A stretch of 62,522 bases of DNA, counting the filler, from Actinomycetota bacterium (GTDB taxonomy: Bacteria; Actinomycetota; Acidimicrobiia; IMCC26256; VFJJ01): the NCBI GenBank assembly GCA_009886115.1. It is 4 parts of 4 records of this genome, joined end to end, with 100 filler letters (N's around TTAATTAATTAA, not from the genome) between each part and the next. Parts side by side here need not be neighbours in the genome. Positions count along the whole stretch, not along the records: positions 1 to 15,704 come from VFJJ01000131.1; positions 15,805 to 37,696 come from VFJJ01000009.1; 2 more parts are not named here. The stretch is one strand, 5' to 3'. The notes below the pieces were generated by a model. It did not search any database and was not told the origin of the DNA. It saw only the letters and a list, made by a program, of their open reading frames with translations. The translations under genes and the position numbers were made by a program. Positions 9,670 to 19,842 of the stretch are shown in pieces. The first letter of the stretch is position 1. Each line of letters begins with the position of its first letter.

Positions 9670-11387
9670 GGGGCATGGCTGCCCGCGAACGGGTTTCGGC
9701 CGTGACGCGACGGACCCGATCGCTCCTGCCCAGGCGGTCCGACTACGCGCCGGCGGCGACATCGTGGAAGCGTGATGTGGTGGCCGGGATCACCGTCGGG
9801 GTGGTGGCACTTCCGCTGGCGTTGGCCTTCGGGATCACGACGGGGCTCGGCGCATCCGCCGGTCTGATGACCGCGATCGTCGCTGGTTTTGTGGCCGCCG
9901 TCTTCGGCGGGTCGAGCGTCTCGGTGTCGGGACCGACCGGCGCCATGACCGTGGTGCTCGTACCGATCGTGAGCCGCTATGGCGTCGACGCCGTCTTTCT
10001 CGTGGGGATCATGGCAGGCCTTCTGATGCTCGTGGCCGCCTTCGCTCGGCTCGGTCGCTACCTCGCCTACATCCCCTGGCCGGTCATCGAGGGTTTCACG
10101 ATCGGTATCGCGGCGATCATCTTTCTCCAGCAGGTCCCCGCTGCCCTCGGGGTGGCCAAGCCCGACGGCGAGAACACCGCGGCGGTTGCCGGTCGAGCGG
10201 TACGAGACGCACTCGACGATGGTCGTCTCGCCGCCGTCGGCCTCGTCGCGCTGGTCGCCGTGGTGATGCTGCTGGCACCTCGACTTCACAAGGCGCTACC
10301 GGTATCGCTGTTGGCGGTGATCGTCGCCACGCTGGTCTCCCGCCTCGCCCACCTCGACGTGGCTCGGATCGGGCGTCTGCCCGACTCCCTTCCCGTGCCA
10401 TCGCTCCCGACGGTGTCGACGACCCGGATCAGCGAGCTGTTCGGTGCTGCCTTCGCCGTGGCCTTGCTCGGCGCGCTCGAGAGTCTGCTCTCGGCCAAGG
10501 TCGCCGACGGCATGGTCGATACCGGCCGGCACGATCCCGACCGGGAGCTCTTCGGTCAGGGGCTGGCGAACCTGGCATCGCCGATCTTCGGTGGCATGCC
10601 CGCCACGGGAGCGATCGCTCGGACGGTCGTCAACGTGCGCGCAGGCGCCGTCACCCGGGTCTCGGCTCTCGTGCATGCGCTTGTCCTGGTCGGCGTCGTC
10701 TACATGGGCGGCGGGCTCGTGTCCGAGATCCCGTTGGCGGCGCTGGCCGGGGTTCTCATGGTCACCGCGATCCGGATGGTCGAGATCCACAACGTCAAGG
10801 CGGTCCTGGGTGCGACCCGCCCCGATGCCGTTGTCCTCGTACTCACTGCCGCGGCGACGGTGATCTTCGACCTGATCCTGGCCGTCGAGATCGGCGTCGC
10901 GGTCGCGGCGGTTCTCGCGCTTCGGGCCGTGGCGCGAGCATCATCGGTGGTGGCCGAGCCGATCCAGCTCACTTCCGAGCCAGGCGCCGGGGCCGGTTTC
11001 ACCGGGCTCACCGACCAGGCGGAGCACGAGCTGTTGTCGCAGCACATCGTGGCGTATCGACTCGATGGTGCGCTGTTCTTCGGTGCGGCTCAGCGCTTTC
11101 TCGCTGAGCTGTCGGCGGTCACCGACGTCCGGGTGGTCATCCTCCGGCTACCCGAGATCCAGGTTCTCGACGCGACCGGTGCGCAGGCTCTCGGTCAGGT
11201 GGTTGCCGATCTGGAGCGGCGAGGTATCACGGTGTTGTTGAAGGGTCCCAGGCCGGAACACCTCCGCGTGCTGCAGTCCGTTGGTGCCCTGGAAAAGCTG
11301 GCCCACGAGAAGCACCTCTTCGCCGACCTCGATGAGGCCATCGAACACGCCCGCTCGCATGTGGCCCGATCGAGTTCCGTCGCCTGA
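9666..11387 (+). CDS. SulP family anion transporter with STAS domain
   Basis: DVVAGITVGVVALPLALAFG, GPTGAM, ELFGQGLAN, YRLDGALFFGAA. Confidence 0.95.
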   Translation: MRGMAARERVSAVTRRTRSLLPRRSDYAPAATSWKRDVVAGITVGVVALPLALAFGITTGLGASAGLMTAIVAGFVAAVFGGSSVSVSGPTGAMTVVLVPIVSRYGVDAVFLVGIMAGLLMLVAAFARLGRYLAYIPWPVIEGFTIGIAAIIFLQQVPAALGVAKPDGENTAAVAGRAVRDALDDGRLAAVGLVALVAVVMLLAPRLHKALPVSLLAVIVATLVSRLAHLDVARIGRLPDSLPVPSLPTVSTTRISELFGAAFAVALLGALESLLSAKVADGMVDTGRHDPDRELFGQGLANLASPIFGGMPATGAIARTVVNVRAGAVTRVSALVHALVLVGVVYMGGGLVSEIPLAALAGVLMVTAIRMVEIHNVKAVLGATRPDAVVLVLTAAATVIFDLILAVEIGVAVAAVLALRAVARASSVVAEPIQLTSEPGAGAGFTGLTDQAEHELLSQHIVAYRLDGALFFGAAQRFLAELSAVTDVRVVILRLPEIQVLDATGAQALGQVVADLERRGITVLLKGPRPEHLRVLQSVGALEKLAHEKHLFADLDEAIEHARSHVARSSSVA

Positions 11388-11428
11388 CGACGCACGCTGC
11401 GCGACCGGACCAGCTCCCTCGGGAAAGG

Positions 11429-12988
11429 TCAGAGCTTTCGGCCGGACGCGGCCCAGTACTCGTCGCGGAGCAGGCGCTTGTAGAGCTTGCCCGCCTCGGT
11501 GCGGGGAAGGGCGTCGCGGAAATCGACCGAGCGCGGGCACTTGTAGGCTGCCAGCGAAGCCCGGCAGTGCTCGATGATCTCGGCCGCCAGCTCGGGTGTG
11601 GGTGACACCCCGTCCTTGAGCTGGACGACGGCCTTGACCTGCTCGCCCCAGTCGGCATCGGGCACGCCGATGACGCCGGCGTCGAACACCGCGGAGTGCG
11701 AGAGCACGATGCCCTCCACCTCCTGTGGGTAGACGTTGACCCCGCCGGTGATGATCATGTCCTTGGCCCGGTCGAGGATGAAGAGGTAGCCGTCTTCGTC
11801 GAGGTAGCCGATGTCGCCGAGCGTGAACAACCGTCCCCGGTGAGCCTGACGGGTACCGTGCTCGTCGCGGTGATAGGAGAAGCCGTCGGTGGTGGCCATG
11901 TAGATCGAGCCCGTGGTGTTCGGCGCCACGTCGTTGCCCTCGGCGTCGAGGATGGCCACCGTCACGCCCTTCACGGCTCGCCCGACGGTTCCGGGCTTCT
12001 CCAGCCACCGCTTCGGTTTGGCGATGGTGGCCGCGCCCTCCATGCCGCCGTAAGTCTCGTAGATGACCGGCCCCCACCAGGCCAGCATCTGCTCCTTCAC
12101 GTGACGGGGACACGGCGCAGCCGAGTGGACCACGGCCTTCAGGCTGGAGATGTCGTAGCGGTCTTTGACGTCGGCGGGGAGCTGCAACAGTCGATGGAAC
12201 TGGGTCGGCACCATGTAGGCCGACGTGACCCGGTGGGCGTCGATGAGGCGCAGCGTCTCCTCGGGGTCGAAGCGCTCCATGATCACGAGGGCGTGACCGA
12301 CCTGCAGCGCGCCCATGTAGAAGCTGTGCGAGCCTCCGTGGTACATGCCCGTCGACACCAGGTGCGGTCCGTCGAAGGGGGTGAAGTCGAAGGCCCGTCC
12401 GAAGAGCGAGGAGGCGTGGGCGATCGCCGACGGCTCGCCAGCCGGGATGGGACGACGGACTCCCTTGGGTGCGCCGGTCGTACCCGAGGTGTACGTGAAC
12501 AACCCGCCGGGCTGCCGGTCGGCCGGGCCTGTCGTGGGTTGCTGGTTCCGGAGCTCGTCGAGCGATTCGACCCCGTCGATCGAGCCGATGGCGAAGCACA
12601 GGGCCTGGCCTGTGGCTCCGCCACGGCGGATCTCGTCGACCAGGTCGGCGAACCTCTCGTGCACCACGAGAACCGCCGCCCCCGAGTGGGCGAGGATCGC
12701 GGCCGTCTCGGCCGCGGTGAGATACGTGTTGAGCGGGATGAAGTACCACCCGGCTTCGTGACAGGCGAGTGAGAGCTCGACGATGGCCACGCTGTTGGGC
12801 ACCATGGCGGCGATCGAATCACCCGGTTGCAATCCTCGGGACCGGAACAGGTGGACGAGCTGATGGGCTCGGCCGGCGAGCTCGCCGTAGGTGAGCGCTC
12901 CCGTGGGGGACGCGACGATGGCCGGAGCGTCGGGGTGGTCCTCGGCGATCCACCAGACCCCGAGGCGCTGGTCCCAGTCGCTGTTCAT
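11429..12988 (-). CDS. acyl-CoA synthetase (AMP-binding)
   Basis: YTSGTTGAPKGV, YGGME, GDIGYLD, LPRTEAGKL. Confidence 0.93.
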   Translation of the reverse strand: MNSDWDQRLGVWWIAEDHPDAPAIVASPTGALTYGELAGRAHQLVHLFRSRGLQPGDSIAAMVPNSVAIVELSLACHEAGWYFIPLNTYLTAAETAAILAHSGAAVLVVHERFADLVDEIRRGGATGQALCFAIGSIDGVESLDELRNQQPTTGPADRQPGGLFTYTSGTTGAPKGVRRPIPAGEPSAIAHASSLFGRAFDFTPFDGPHLVSTGMYHGGSHSFYMGALQVGHALVIMERFDPEETLRLIDAHRVTSAYMVPTQFHRLLQLPADVKDRYDISSLKAVVHSAAPCPRHVKEQMLAWWGPVIYETYGGMEGAATIAKPKRWLEKPGTVGRAVKGVTVAILDAEGNDVAPNTTGSIYMATTDGFSYHRDEHGTRQAHRGRLFTLGDIGYLDEDGYLFILDRAKDMIITGGVNVYPQEVEGIVLSHSAVFDAGVIGVPDADWGEQVKAVVQLKDGVSPTPELAAEIIEHCRASLAAYKCPRSVDFRDALPRTEAGKLYKRLLRDEYWAASGRKL

Positions 12989-13134
12989 CGTGAAGCTCCG
13001 TCCGCGTTCCTTGCGAGGGTTGGTTCAAAAAGCTTCACCTATATTACCGGCGAACCACGGAGCAGGCCGGCTCGCCCGACGGGCCTGATGTGGAAGCGGT
13101 TGATCCCGGGCGGTCCCAGCGGGCGGCTTGGGGC

Positions 13135-14799
13135 TCAGCCGGCGCGGAGACGGGCGCGCAGCTCGAACTTCTTGACCTTGCCGCTCATGCCCCGGGGGAG
13201 CTCGGTCACGAGCTCGATGCGCTCGGGGGTCTTCTGGCGGGCGACACCGGCCTCGGCGAAATGGCGGCGAACGTCGTCGAGGTCGAGGGTCTGGCCGGGG
13301 CGGGTTATCACGAACGCGGCGACCCGCTCGCCGTAGCGCTCGTCGGGGAACGCCACCACCGCTGCCTCCGACACAGACGGATGGCGGGCGAGGATGTCCT
13401 CGACCTCTTTGGACGAGATGTTCTCGCCGCCGCGGATGATGACGTCCTTCAGACGGTCGGTGATCGTGAGGAAGCCGGCGTCGTCGAGACGGCCGATGTC
13501 GCCGGTGCGGAACCAGCCGCCAGGGAGGAAGGCGATCGCATCGAGCGATGCGTCACGATAGCCCACGAACTGCTCGGGGCCGCGCAGGACGACCTCGCCC
13601 TCGTGGCTCACGGCCACGTCGCGACCGTCGGCGTCGACGATGCGGATCTCGTTGCCGGGCATGGGCCGGCCATCGGTCTCTGATCGCTGGGCAGCGCTGT
13701 CGTCGGGCTGACCACTGGTGGCCACCGGATGCTCGGTGGAGCCGTAGGCCCGGTAGGCGATGACCCCGGCAGCATGGGCCTGTTCCACCAGGGCCGGGGG
13801 CACGCTGGCGGCGCCGACCATGAAGTTGCGCAGGCTCGCGAGTGTGTGGCCCCCGGCCCGGGCGGCCTCGAGGAGCGACGTGAGGTGAAAGGGTGCGCCC
13901 GCGGTGTTCGTGACCCGGTGCTCGGCAACCAGCGCCGCCGCGGCGACGGGGTCCCACTGATCGAGCACGATGCTGGTGGTGCCGTTCACGAACGTCCGTA
14001 GGAGCTGCAGCACGCTGGCGATGTGGCCGGCCGGGAACGCGGCCAGATACACCGAATCGTCGGCCTGGCCGAGAAGCCCGGCGTTGCCCCGGGCCTCCGC
14101 CGCCAGCGTGTTGTGCGTGTGCTGCACCCCCTTGGGCTCCGCCGTCGTGCCCGACGTGTAGATGAGCAGGCACACGTCGTCGGCATCGGCTGAATCGCCG
14201 GGAGGAGTGAACCCCACCGACGACGTGGCGGCGAGCGCATGCCAGTCGTGGGCCCCCGGGGGACGTCGATCGCCGATCACGATCAGGTGCTCGAGTTGGG
14301 CCACCTCGCCGAGTGCATCGAAGCGCTCGAGATAGTCGATGCTGCGCCAACGATCGGGGACCACGAACGCCCGAGCCCCCGACTGGCGAAGAATGAAACC
14401 CACCTCGGCCGGACCGTAGATGTGCACGATGGGGACGATGACCGCACCGAGCTGCATCGCGGCCTGGTAGGTGAGCGCACCTTCGAGCCAGTTGGGGACC
14501 TGGATGGCGATGGTGTCGCCGGGCCCCAGGCCCAACCCGGCCAATCCCGCGGCCAGGCCCATGCTCCGTTCGTGCATCGTGTGCAGATCGGCCTGAGCGG
14601 GACGTTCCGATCCGTGGAAGATCGTCATGGCATCGGGGAAGCGCCGAGCCCCGTCGGCCATGAGCTGAGCCAGCGTCGAGGCGCTGAAGAAGCCCTCCCG
14701 ATACCACCGCTCACGCAACACCGAGCGCTCGGCCGCAAGCTCGGCCGCTCGCTGAGCGGCCATGGGTGGGGGAGCGGCCATGGGCGCAGGCGTGGCCAT
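13135..14799 (-). CDS. acyl-CoA ligase (cyclohexanecarboxylate-CoA ligase-like)
   Basis: YTSGTTAEPKGV, AYGSTE, FRTGDIG, QKTPE, SGKVKK. Confidence 0.9.
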   Translation of the reverse strand: MATPAPMAAPPPMAAQRAAELAAERSVLRERWYREGFFSASTLAQLMADGARRFPDAMTIFHGSERPAQADLHTMHERSMGLAAGLAGLGLGPGDTIAIQVPNWLEGALTYQAAMQLGAVIVPIVHIYGPAEVGFILRQSGARAFVVPDRWRSIDYLERFDALGEVAQLEHLIVIGDRRPPGAHDWHALAATSSVGFTPPGDSADADDVCLLIYTSGTTAEPKGVQHTHNTLAAEARGNAGLLGQADDSVYLAAFPAGHIASVLQLLRTFVNGTTSIVLDQWDPVAAAALVAEHRVTNTAGAPFHLTSLLEAARAGGHTLASLRNFMVGAASVPPALVEQAHAAGVIAYRAYGSTEHPVATSGQPDDSAAQRSETDGRPMPGNEIRIVDADGRDVAVSHEGEVVLRGPEQFVGYRDASLDAIAFLPGGWFRTGDIGRLDDAGFLTITDRLKDVIIRGGENISSKEVEDILARHPSVSEAAVVAFPDERYGERVAAFVITRPGQTLDLDDVRRHFAEAGVARQKTPERIELVTELPRGMSGKVKKFELRARLRAG

Positions 14800-14831
14800 C
14801 GATCCGAGCTCTCCGGGCCCGTGAGCCGCCG

Positions 14832-15704
14832 TTACCCGAGCGCGCCCTGCTCGCGGAGCGCGCTGATCTCATCCCAGTCGAGGCCCGCCTCGAGCAGCAC
14901 GTCCTCGGTGTGCTGACCCAGCTCCGGCGCCCGGGTCCGCGGTGCCGAGTGCACACCGTCGAAGTGCATCGGCGGCGACACCAAGCGAAACGCCGCCCCT
15001 GCGCCGTCGTCGATCTCGGGGAGGTACCCGTTGGCCGCCACCTGCGCATGCTCGTGCAGGTCGAGGAACGACAACACGGGCGCCCACACGCCGCTGAAGC
15101 CGTGGAACCGTTCACGCCACTGGTCGAGCGTGCGCGACGCGAACACGGCATCGAGGATCTCCACGCACTCGACCCGGTTCTCGAAGCGCACCATGGCGTT
15201 GGCGAACTTGGTGTGCTCGACGAGGTCGGGACGATCGAGCACACCACAGAGCTCGGCCCAGAACCGGTCGGCCTGCAGCAGCACGAGGTACAGCCATCGA
15301 CCGTCGCTGGTCCGGTACCCGTTGGTGATGGGGTTGCCCGGAGCCTTGCGGTCGAGGCGCATGAAGTCGTCGACATACGGCGCGCCGACGATGTCGGGGG
15401 CCAGCGACCACATGCCCACGTTCAGGAGCGACACGTCGACCTCGGACGGCTCACCGGTGCGCTCGCGCTTGAACAGCGCCATGGCGATCGCTCCGGCGAT
15501 GGTGTTCGCCCCCTGGAGGTCGTAGTACGCCGGCGGCTGGAACGGGGGCTCGCCGCCAGGCGGGGTGAGCCGGTAGGCCATGCCGCTACTGGCCCAGGCC
15601 GACGCCAGGTCGTAGCCACCGGTCTCGGCCATGGGCCCCTCGGAGCCCCAGCCGGAGCCTCGCACGTAGACGATGCCCGGCGCGACGGCTCGCACGTCGT
15701 CGAC
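14832..15704 (-). CDS. CaiB/BaiF CoA-transferase (5' truncated by contig end)
   Basis: GSGWGSEGP, GGYD, RERTGE, APELGQHT. Confidence 0.88.
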   Translation of the reverse strand, partial: VDDVRAVAPGIVYVRGSGWGSEGPMAETGGYDLASAWASSGMAYRLTPPGGEPPFQPPAYYDLQGANTIAGAIAMALFKRERTGEPSEVDVSLLNVGMWSLAPDIVGAPYVDDFMRLDRKAPGNPITNGYRTSDGRWLYLVLLQADRFWAELCGVLDRPDLVEHTKFANAMVRFENRVECVEILDAVFASRTLDQWRERFHGFSGVWAPVLSFLDLHEHAQVAANGYLPEIDDGAGAAFRLVSPPMHFDGVHSAPRTRAPELGQHTEDVLLEAGLDWDEISALREQGALG

Positions 15705-15804
15705 NNNNNNNNNNNNNNNNNNNNNNNNNNNNNNNNNNNNNNNNNNNNTTAATTAATTAANNNNNNNNNNNNNNNNNNNNNNNNNNNNNNNNNNNNNNNN
15801 NNNN
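15705..15804. other. artificial contig linker
   Basis: N44-TTAATTAATTAA-N44. Confidence 0.98.
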
Positions 15805-16694
15805 CCCGTCGTGGTGGTGGTCGTGGTGGTCGACTCGCCCGTGGTGGTGGTGGTGGTCGTGGTGGTGGATCCCGACCCCCCGGGGGCCGTCCCCGAGTCG
15901 GTCGGAGCCGTCGTGGAAGGACCCGAGGAGTACGGGCCCGAGGGCGCGGGGCCCGAGGAGTACGGACCCGAGGAGTACGGGCCTGAAGAGTACGGGCCCG
16001 AGGGCGCCGGAGCTGAGGAGCTCGGTCCCGAGGCGGTCGGGAGCGCGCCCTCGCACTGGAGCACGATCTGGCGGGGATCGACGGGGTTCCACCCGGCCGG
16101 CGAACCCTGACCCACGTGGACCATCGTGAAGTGCCACTGCACGGCGACGACGGCGAGGGTTCCGAGATCGGCTCCACGATCCGCGGCGATCGACGGAGGA
16201 CGCGTCCAGAGATCGCCGTCATCTTCGGCCGACGCCGAGCTTCCCAACCACATCGAACCGTCGGGCACATCGGCCATGAAGCTCGACCGCACGCCGCCGA
16301 GCTCGAGCGCCCAGCGCTGCACCGTCTCACCGTCAGAATCGAACGGCACCGACGAGACCCCCCATGCCCGCCACACACCCGGCGCCAGCGCGCCCGGCAG
16401 CGGCAGCGTTCGGGACGTGGCGCCCCATTGCTGGCCACCGACAAGTGGCCACTTCCAGCCGTGGTCGCGCCACACGTCGATCGACACGACCTCACCAGCC
16501 GCACACACCGCCGGCGCTCCGTGCCCGGTGCCCGCCGTCGCCCCGACCGCTCCGATGACCATCCCCGCCGTCGACAGTGACGCCAAGGCGATCAGGCCGG
16601 CCACCACCAGGCGGCGGGCCGGACTCGAGCCGCGCTTCGAGGGCTGGATCGGTTCCCGACCGGCGGAGCGGACCCTGGGGGGAAGGAGGTCCAT
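15805..16694 (-). CDS. secreted protein with (SSGPY)n and poly-Thr linker (3' truncated)
   Basis: Hydrophobic signal RRLVVAGLIALASLSTAG, a globular segment, 15-bp repeats and a Thr run reaching the contig end. Confidence 0.65.
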
Positions 16695-16877
16695 AGATCG
16701 TCAGTCCTTGTTCAGCCTTGCGCCGCATGTGAATGCACGAGATCCACCGAGGCCACGCATCCGAGATGGTACCCCGAAATTCCCCCGAACCGGGCGATCC
16801 CCCCCCAAAGTGCACTCCGCCCGGCCTACTGCCCGGCGGATGGCCACGTACCGACATCGCTCGGTACCCTCGGGGCC

Positions 16878-17666
16878 ATGAGCCCATCGATCCATGTCGA
16901 CATCACCGACCACGTCGCCACCGTCACCATCGACCGTCCCCCCGTCAACGCCATTACCATGCAGGCCATGGTCGAGCTGCGGACGGCGTTCGAGTCGTTC
17001 AACGACCGTCGCGACGTCAGGGTCGCCATCTTCACGGGCGCGGGGACCCGCGCGTTCATCGCCGGCGTCGATCTGAAGGAGGTGTCGTCAGGCCTGGCAC
17101 CCGCGGCCGACGCCGCGCCGACGGTGATCGTCGACTCGGGCCGGATCGCCCGCGATGCCATGTGGGCCATCACCGACTGCGCGGTCCCGGTCATCGCTGC
17201 GGTCAACGGGCCGGCCATCGGAGCTGGGCTGGCCCTTGCCGCATGTTGCGACATCATCGTGGCGGCCGAGCACGCCCGGTTCGGGACGACCGAGATCAAC
17301 GTCGGGCTCCTCGGCGCCAGCGCTCACCTGTCGCTGCTCGTCGGGCGGCACAAGGCCCGCGAGCTGTTCTTCACCGGCGAGCTCATCACCGCGGCTGAGC
17401 TGTACCGGCTCGGCGCGCTGCGGGCCGTGGTCTCGGGAGACGAGCTGATGCCCACCGCCGTGGCCCTCGCCACCGAGCTCGCCGCCAAGAGCCCCATCGC
17501 CCTGCGGCTGGCGAAGGAGGCGATGAACCGGGTGGAGCATCTCCCGCTCAAGGAGGCCTACCGGACCGAGCAGGAGTACACCAGACGGCTCATGACCTTC
17601 GACGACTCGGTCGAGGCCCGCCAGGCCTTCATCGAGAAGCGCCCCGCCGAGTACCACTGGCGCTGA
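16878..17666 (+). CDS. enoyl-CoA hydratase/isomerase family protein
   Basis: IDRPPVNA, FIAGVDL, AAVNGPAIGAG. Confidence 0.92.
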   Translation: MSPSIHVDITDHVATVTIDRPPVNAITMQAMVELRTAFESFNDRRDVRVAIFTGAGTRAFIAGVDLKEVSSGLAPAADAAPTVIVDSGRIARDAMWAITDCAVPVIAAVNGPAIGAGLALAACCDIIVAAEHARFGTTEINVGLLGASAHLSLLVGRHKARELFFTGELITAAELYRLGALRAVVSGDELMPTAVALATELAAKSPIALRLAKEAMNRVEHLPLKEAYRTEQEYTRRLMTFDDSVEARQAFIEKRPAEYHWR

Positions 17667-17696
17667 CAGCCCCGCACCACCCCACCCCCCACCCCA

Positions 17697-17752
17697 CCGA
17701 AATTTGCGCGGAAATGGTCATCTGGTGAGCATTTCCGCGCAAATTTGGAGGG
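17697..17752. repeat. palindromic intergenic element, family A (copy 2)
   Basis: aaatttgcgcggaaatg...catttccgcgcaaattt + ggagg, between convergent genes. Confidence 0.85.
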
Positions 17753-17769
17753 TGGGGATGTGAAAGCTG

Positions 17770-18786
17770 TCACGCCTCTCGGACGACGTCGCGGGGGTCG
17801 AGGTCGTCGCGGAGGCCGAGGTACGCGGGATGGCGGATCGCGCCAGAGCCCGTCCAGCCGGCGAAGCGCACGTCGCAGACGAGCCCTGGGTCGACGAACT
17901 GCGTGCCCGGGGGAACGTCGCCAGCCGAAAACGGCGAGTCGGCCCGGGCGAGCGGAACGAGCAACCCGGCCAGACGGTCGAGCTCGCGCTCGGTGAAGCC
18001 GGTTCCCGCCTTGCCGGCACAGACCAGCCGGCCCGTCTCGTCGTGCACTCCCAGCACCAACGCTCCGATGCGGCCGGCTCGGCCCCGCTCGCCCAGCGTG
18101 AACCCGCCGATCACGAATTCCTGCCGATGGTGGAACTTGACCTTGAGCCACGAGCGAGACCGGGCTCCGGGCTCGTAGCGTCCGTCGAGGCGCTTGGCCA
18201 GCACCCCTTCCAGCGCCGAGCCGTGCACGACGGCCAGCACCGGCTCGGCCACGCCGATCGAGGCCGGGGGCACCCGCCAGGCGGCCCCCGCTCCCAGGCC
18301 CAATGACGCCAAGGCTTCCCGGCGCTCGGTGTACGGGCGCCGGACGAGCGGCTCCCCGTCGAGCCAGAGAACGTCGAAGACCACGGCCACGACGGGTATG
18401 GTCACCGCGAGGCGAGCGACCGCTCGGACGTCGCGGACGTGCATGCGTTGCTGCAGGGTCTCGAAGCTGGGCCGGCCGTCGACGTCGAAGGCCACGATCT
18501 CACCGTCAAGCATGCAGGCCCGCCCGGCGAGCGCGTCGGTCAGGCCCGCGAGCTCGGGATACGCCGGCCCGAGGTCGCGGTCGTTGCGGCTCACTGCGCG
18601 GACGGTGCCGTCGGCAACGGTGATGATCGCCCGGACGCCGTCCCACTTCACCTCGAAGGCGTAGCGGGATTCGTCGGACGGGATCGACGGGGCGGCGCTG
18701 GCGAGCATCGGCCGGTAGGACGGCGGCTGCGAACCCGGCGGCTGCGGACCCGAGCCTTCCCCGCCGCTCGTCTCATCGTTCACCAT
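17770..18786 (-). CDS. ligD: NHEJ ATP-dependent DNA ligase (LigD ligase domain only)
   Basis: PMLA, EVKWDG adenylation motif, LDGEIVA, FDVLW, EGVLAK, YEPGARS..WLKVK, GTGF. Confidence 0.93.
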   Translation of the reverse strand: MVNDETSGGEGSGPQPPGSQPPSYRPMLASAAPSIPSDESRYAFEVKWDGVRAIITVADGTVRAVSRNDRDLGPAYPELAGLTDALAGRACMLDGEIVAFDVDGRPSFETLQQRMHVRDVRAVARLAVTIPVVAVVFDVLWLDGEPLVRRPYTERREALASLGLGAGAAWRVPPASIGVAEPVLAVVHGSALEGVLAKRLDGRYEPGARSRSWLKVKFHHRQEFVIGGFTLGERGRAGRIGALVLGVHDETGRLVCAGKAGTGFTERELDRLAGLLVPLARADSPFSAGDVPPGTQFVDPGLVCDVRFAGWTGSGAIRHPAYLGLRDDLDPRDVVREA

Positions 18787-18809
18787 CTGGACGATGATGA
18801 CACGCGCCC

Positions 18810-19697
18810 ATGCCTTCTCCCGACCGGACCCAGGTGGCCGTCGACGGCCGAACCCTCGAGGTGTCGAACCTCGCCAAGGTGTTGTACCCGCGCGCGGGCT
18901 TCACCAAGGGCCAGATGATCGACTACTACGCCCGCGTTGCCCCGGTGCTCCTGCCCCACCTGGCTGATCGACCGCTCACGCTGGTGCGCTACCCGAACGG
19001 AGTCGACGCCGCCCACTTCTACGAGAAGCGTTGCCCGCCGCACGCGCCCGACTGGGTGCGTACGGCGGCCGTCCCCAGCGGACGGGCCGGAGTGGTGAAC
19101 CACGTCGTGTGCAGCGACCTGGCGACCCTGGTGTGGTTGGCGAACCTGGCCGCGCTCGAGCTCCACCCGTTGCTGGCCAAGGCCGAGCGGCTCGACCATC
19201 CCACGAGCTTGGTGTTCGACCTCGACCCGGGAGCACCGGCCGACATCCTCACCGCCGCCCGGGTGGCCCTGCTCGTGCGCGAGCTCCTCGACGCGGCCGG
19301 GCATCAGGCGCTGGTGAAGACGTCGGGTTCCAAGGGACTGCACGTGATCGTGCCGCTCGAGGGGACCTCGACATACGACGACACCCGCCCCTATTCCCAG
19401 GCCGTGGCTCAGACGCTGGCCCAACGCCACCGTGATCTCGTGGTGGCCGTGCAGCGCAAGGAGCTCCGAGCGGGACGGGTGCTCGTCGACTGGAACCAGA
19501 ACGGGTTCACGAACACCACGGCGTGTGTGTACTCGCTGCGAGCCACGCCCACACCCCGGGTCTCGACGCCCGTGACCTGGGACGAGATCGACGACGCGCT
19601 CACCACCGCCGATCCCGATCGTCTGAGCTTCGGACCCGACGAGGTGCTCGCCCGGATCGCCACCCACGGCGACCTCCTGGCCCTCGCCGCCCGCTGA
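18810..19697 (+). CDS. ligD: LigD primase-polymerase domain, stand-alone
   Basis: SNLAKVLYP, RPLTLVRYPNG, FDLDPG, KTSGSKGLH, DWNQN, YSLR, VSTPVTWDE. Confidence 0.93.
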   Translation: MPSPDRTQVAVDGRTLEVSNLAKVLYPRAGFTKGQMIDYYARVAPVLLPHLADRPLTLVRYPNGVDAAHFYEKRCPPHAPDWVRTAAVPSGRAGVVNHVVCSDLATLVWLANLAALELHPLLAKAERLDHPTSLVFDLDPGAPADILTAARVALLVRELLDAAGHQALVKTSGSKGLHVIVPLEGTSTYDDTRPYSQAVAQTLAQRHRDLVVAVQRKELRAGRVLVDWNQNGFTNTTACVYSLRATPTPRVSTPVTWDEIDDALTTADPDRLSFGPDEVLARIATHGDLLALAAR

Positions 19698-19842
19698 ACT
19701 GCGACGTTCTCGGGAAGCGGGAGGCGGGAGTCGGGAGTCGATCGGTCGACGGTCGGCCACCAGATCCCTCGATCGCAGGGCACAATGGGGGCAGGATCAT
19801 CGTGTCGCGACGATCTCGACCAGTCGAACAGGAGGTGTCGCC

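Noticed and set aside
1408..15704. Acyl-CoA/amidohydrolase cluster as a novel pathway
   Set aside because: Such paralogue-rich clusters are routine in this group, and no substrate can be inferred from the sequence
15705..15804. TTAATTAATTAA flanked by Ns (three times) as a biological motif
   Set aside because: Identical 100-bp six-frame-stop linker used to join contigs
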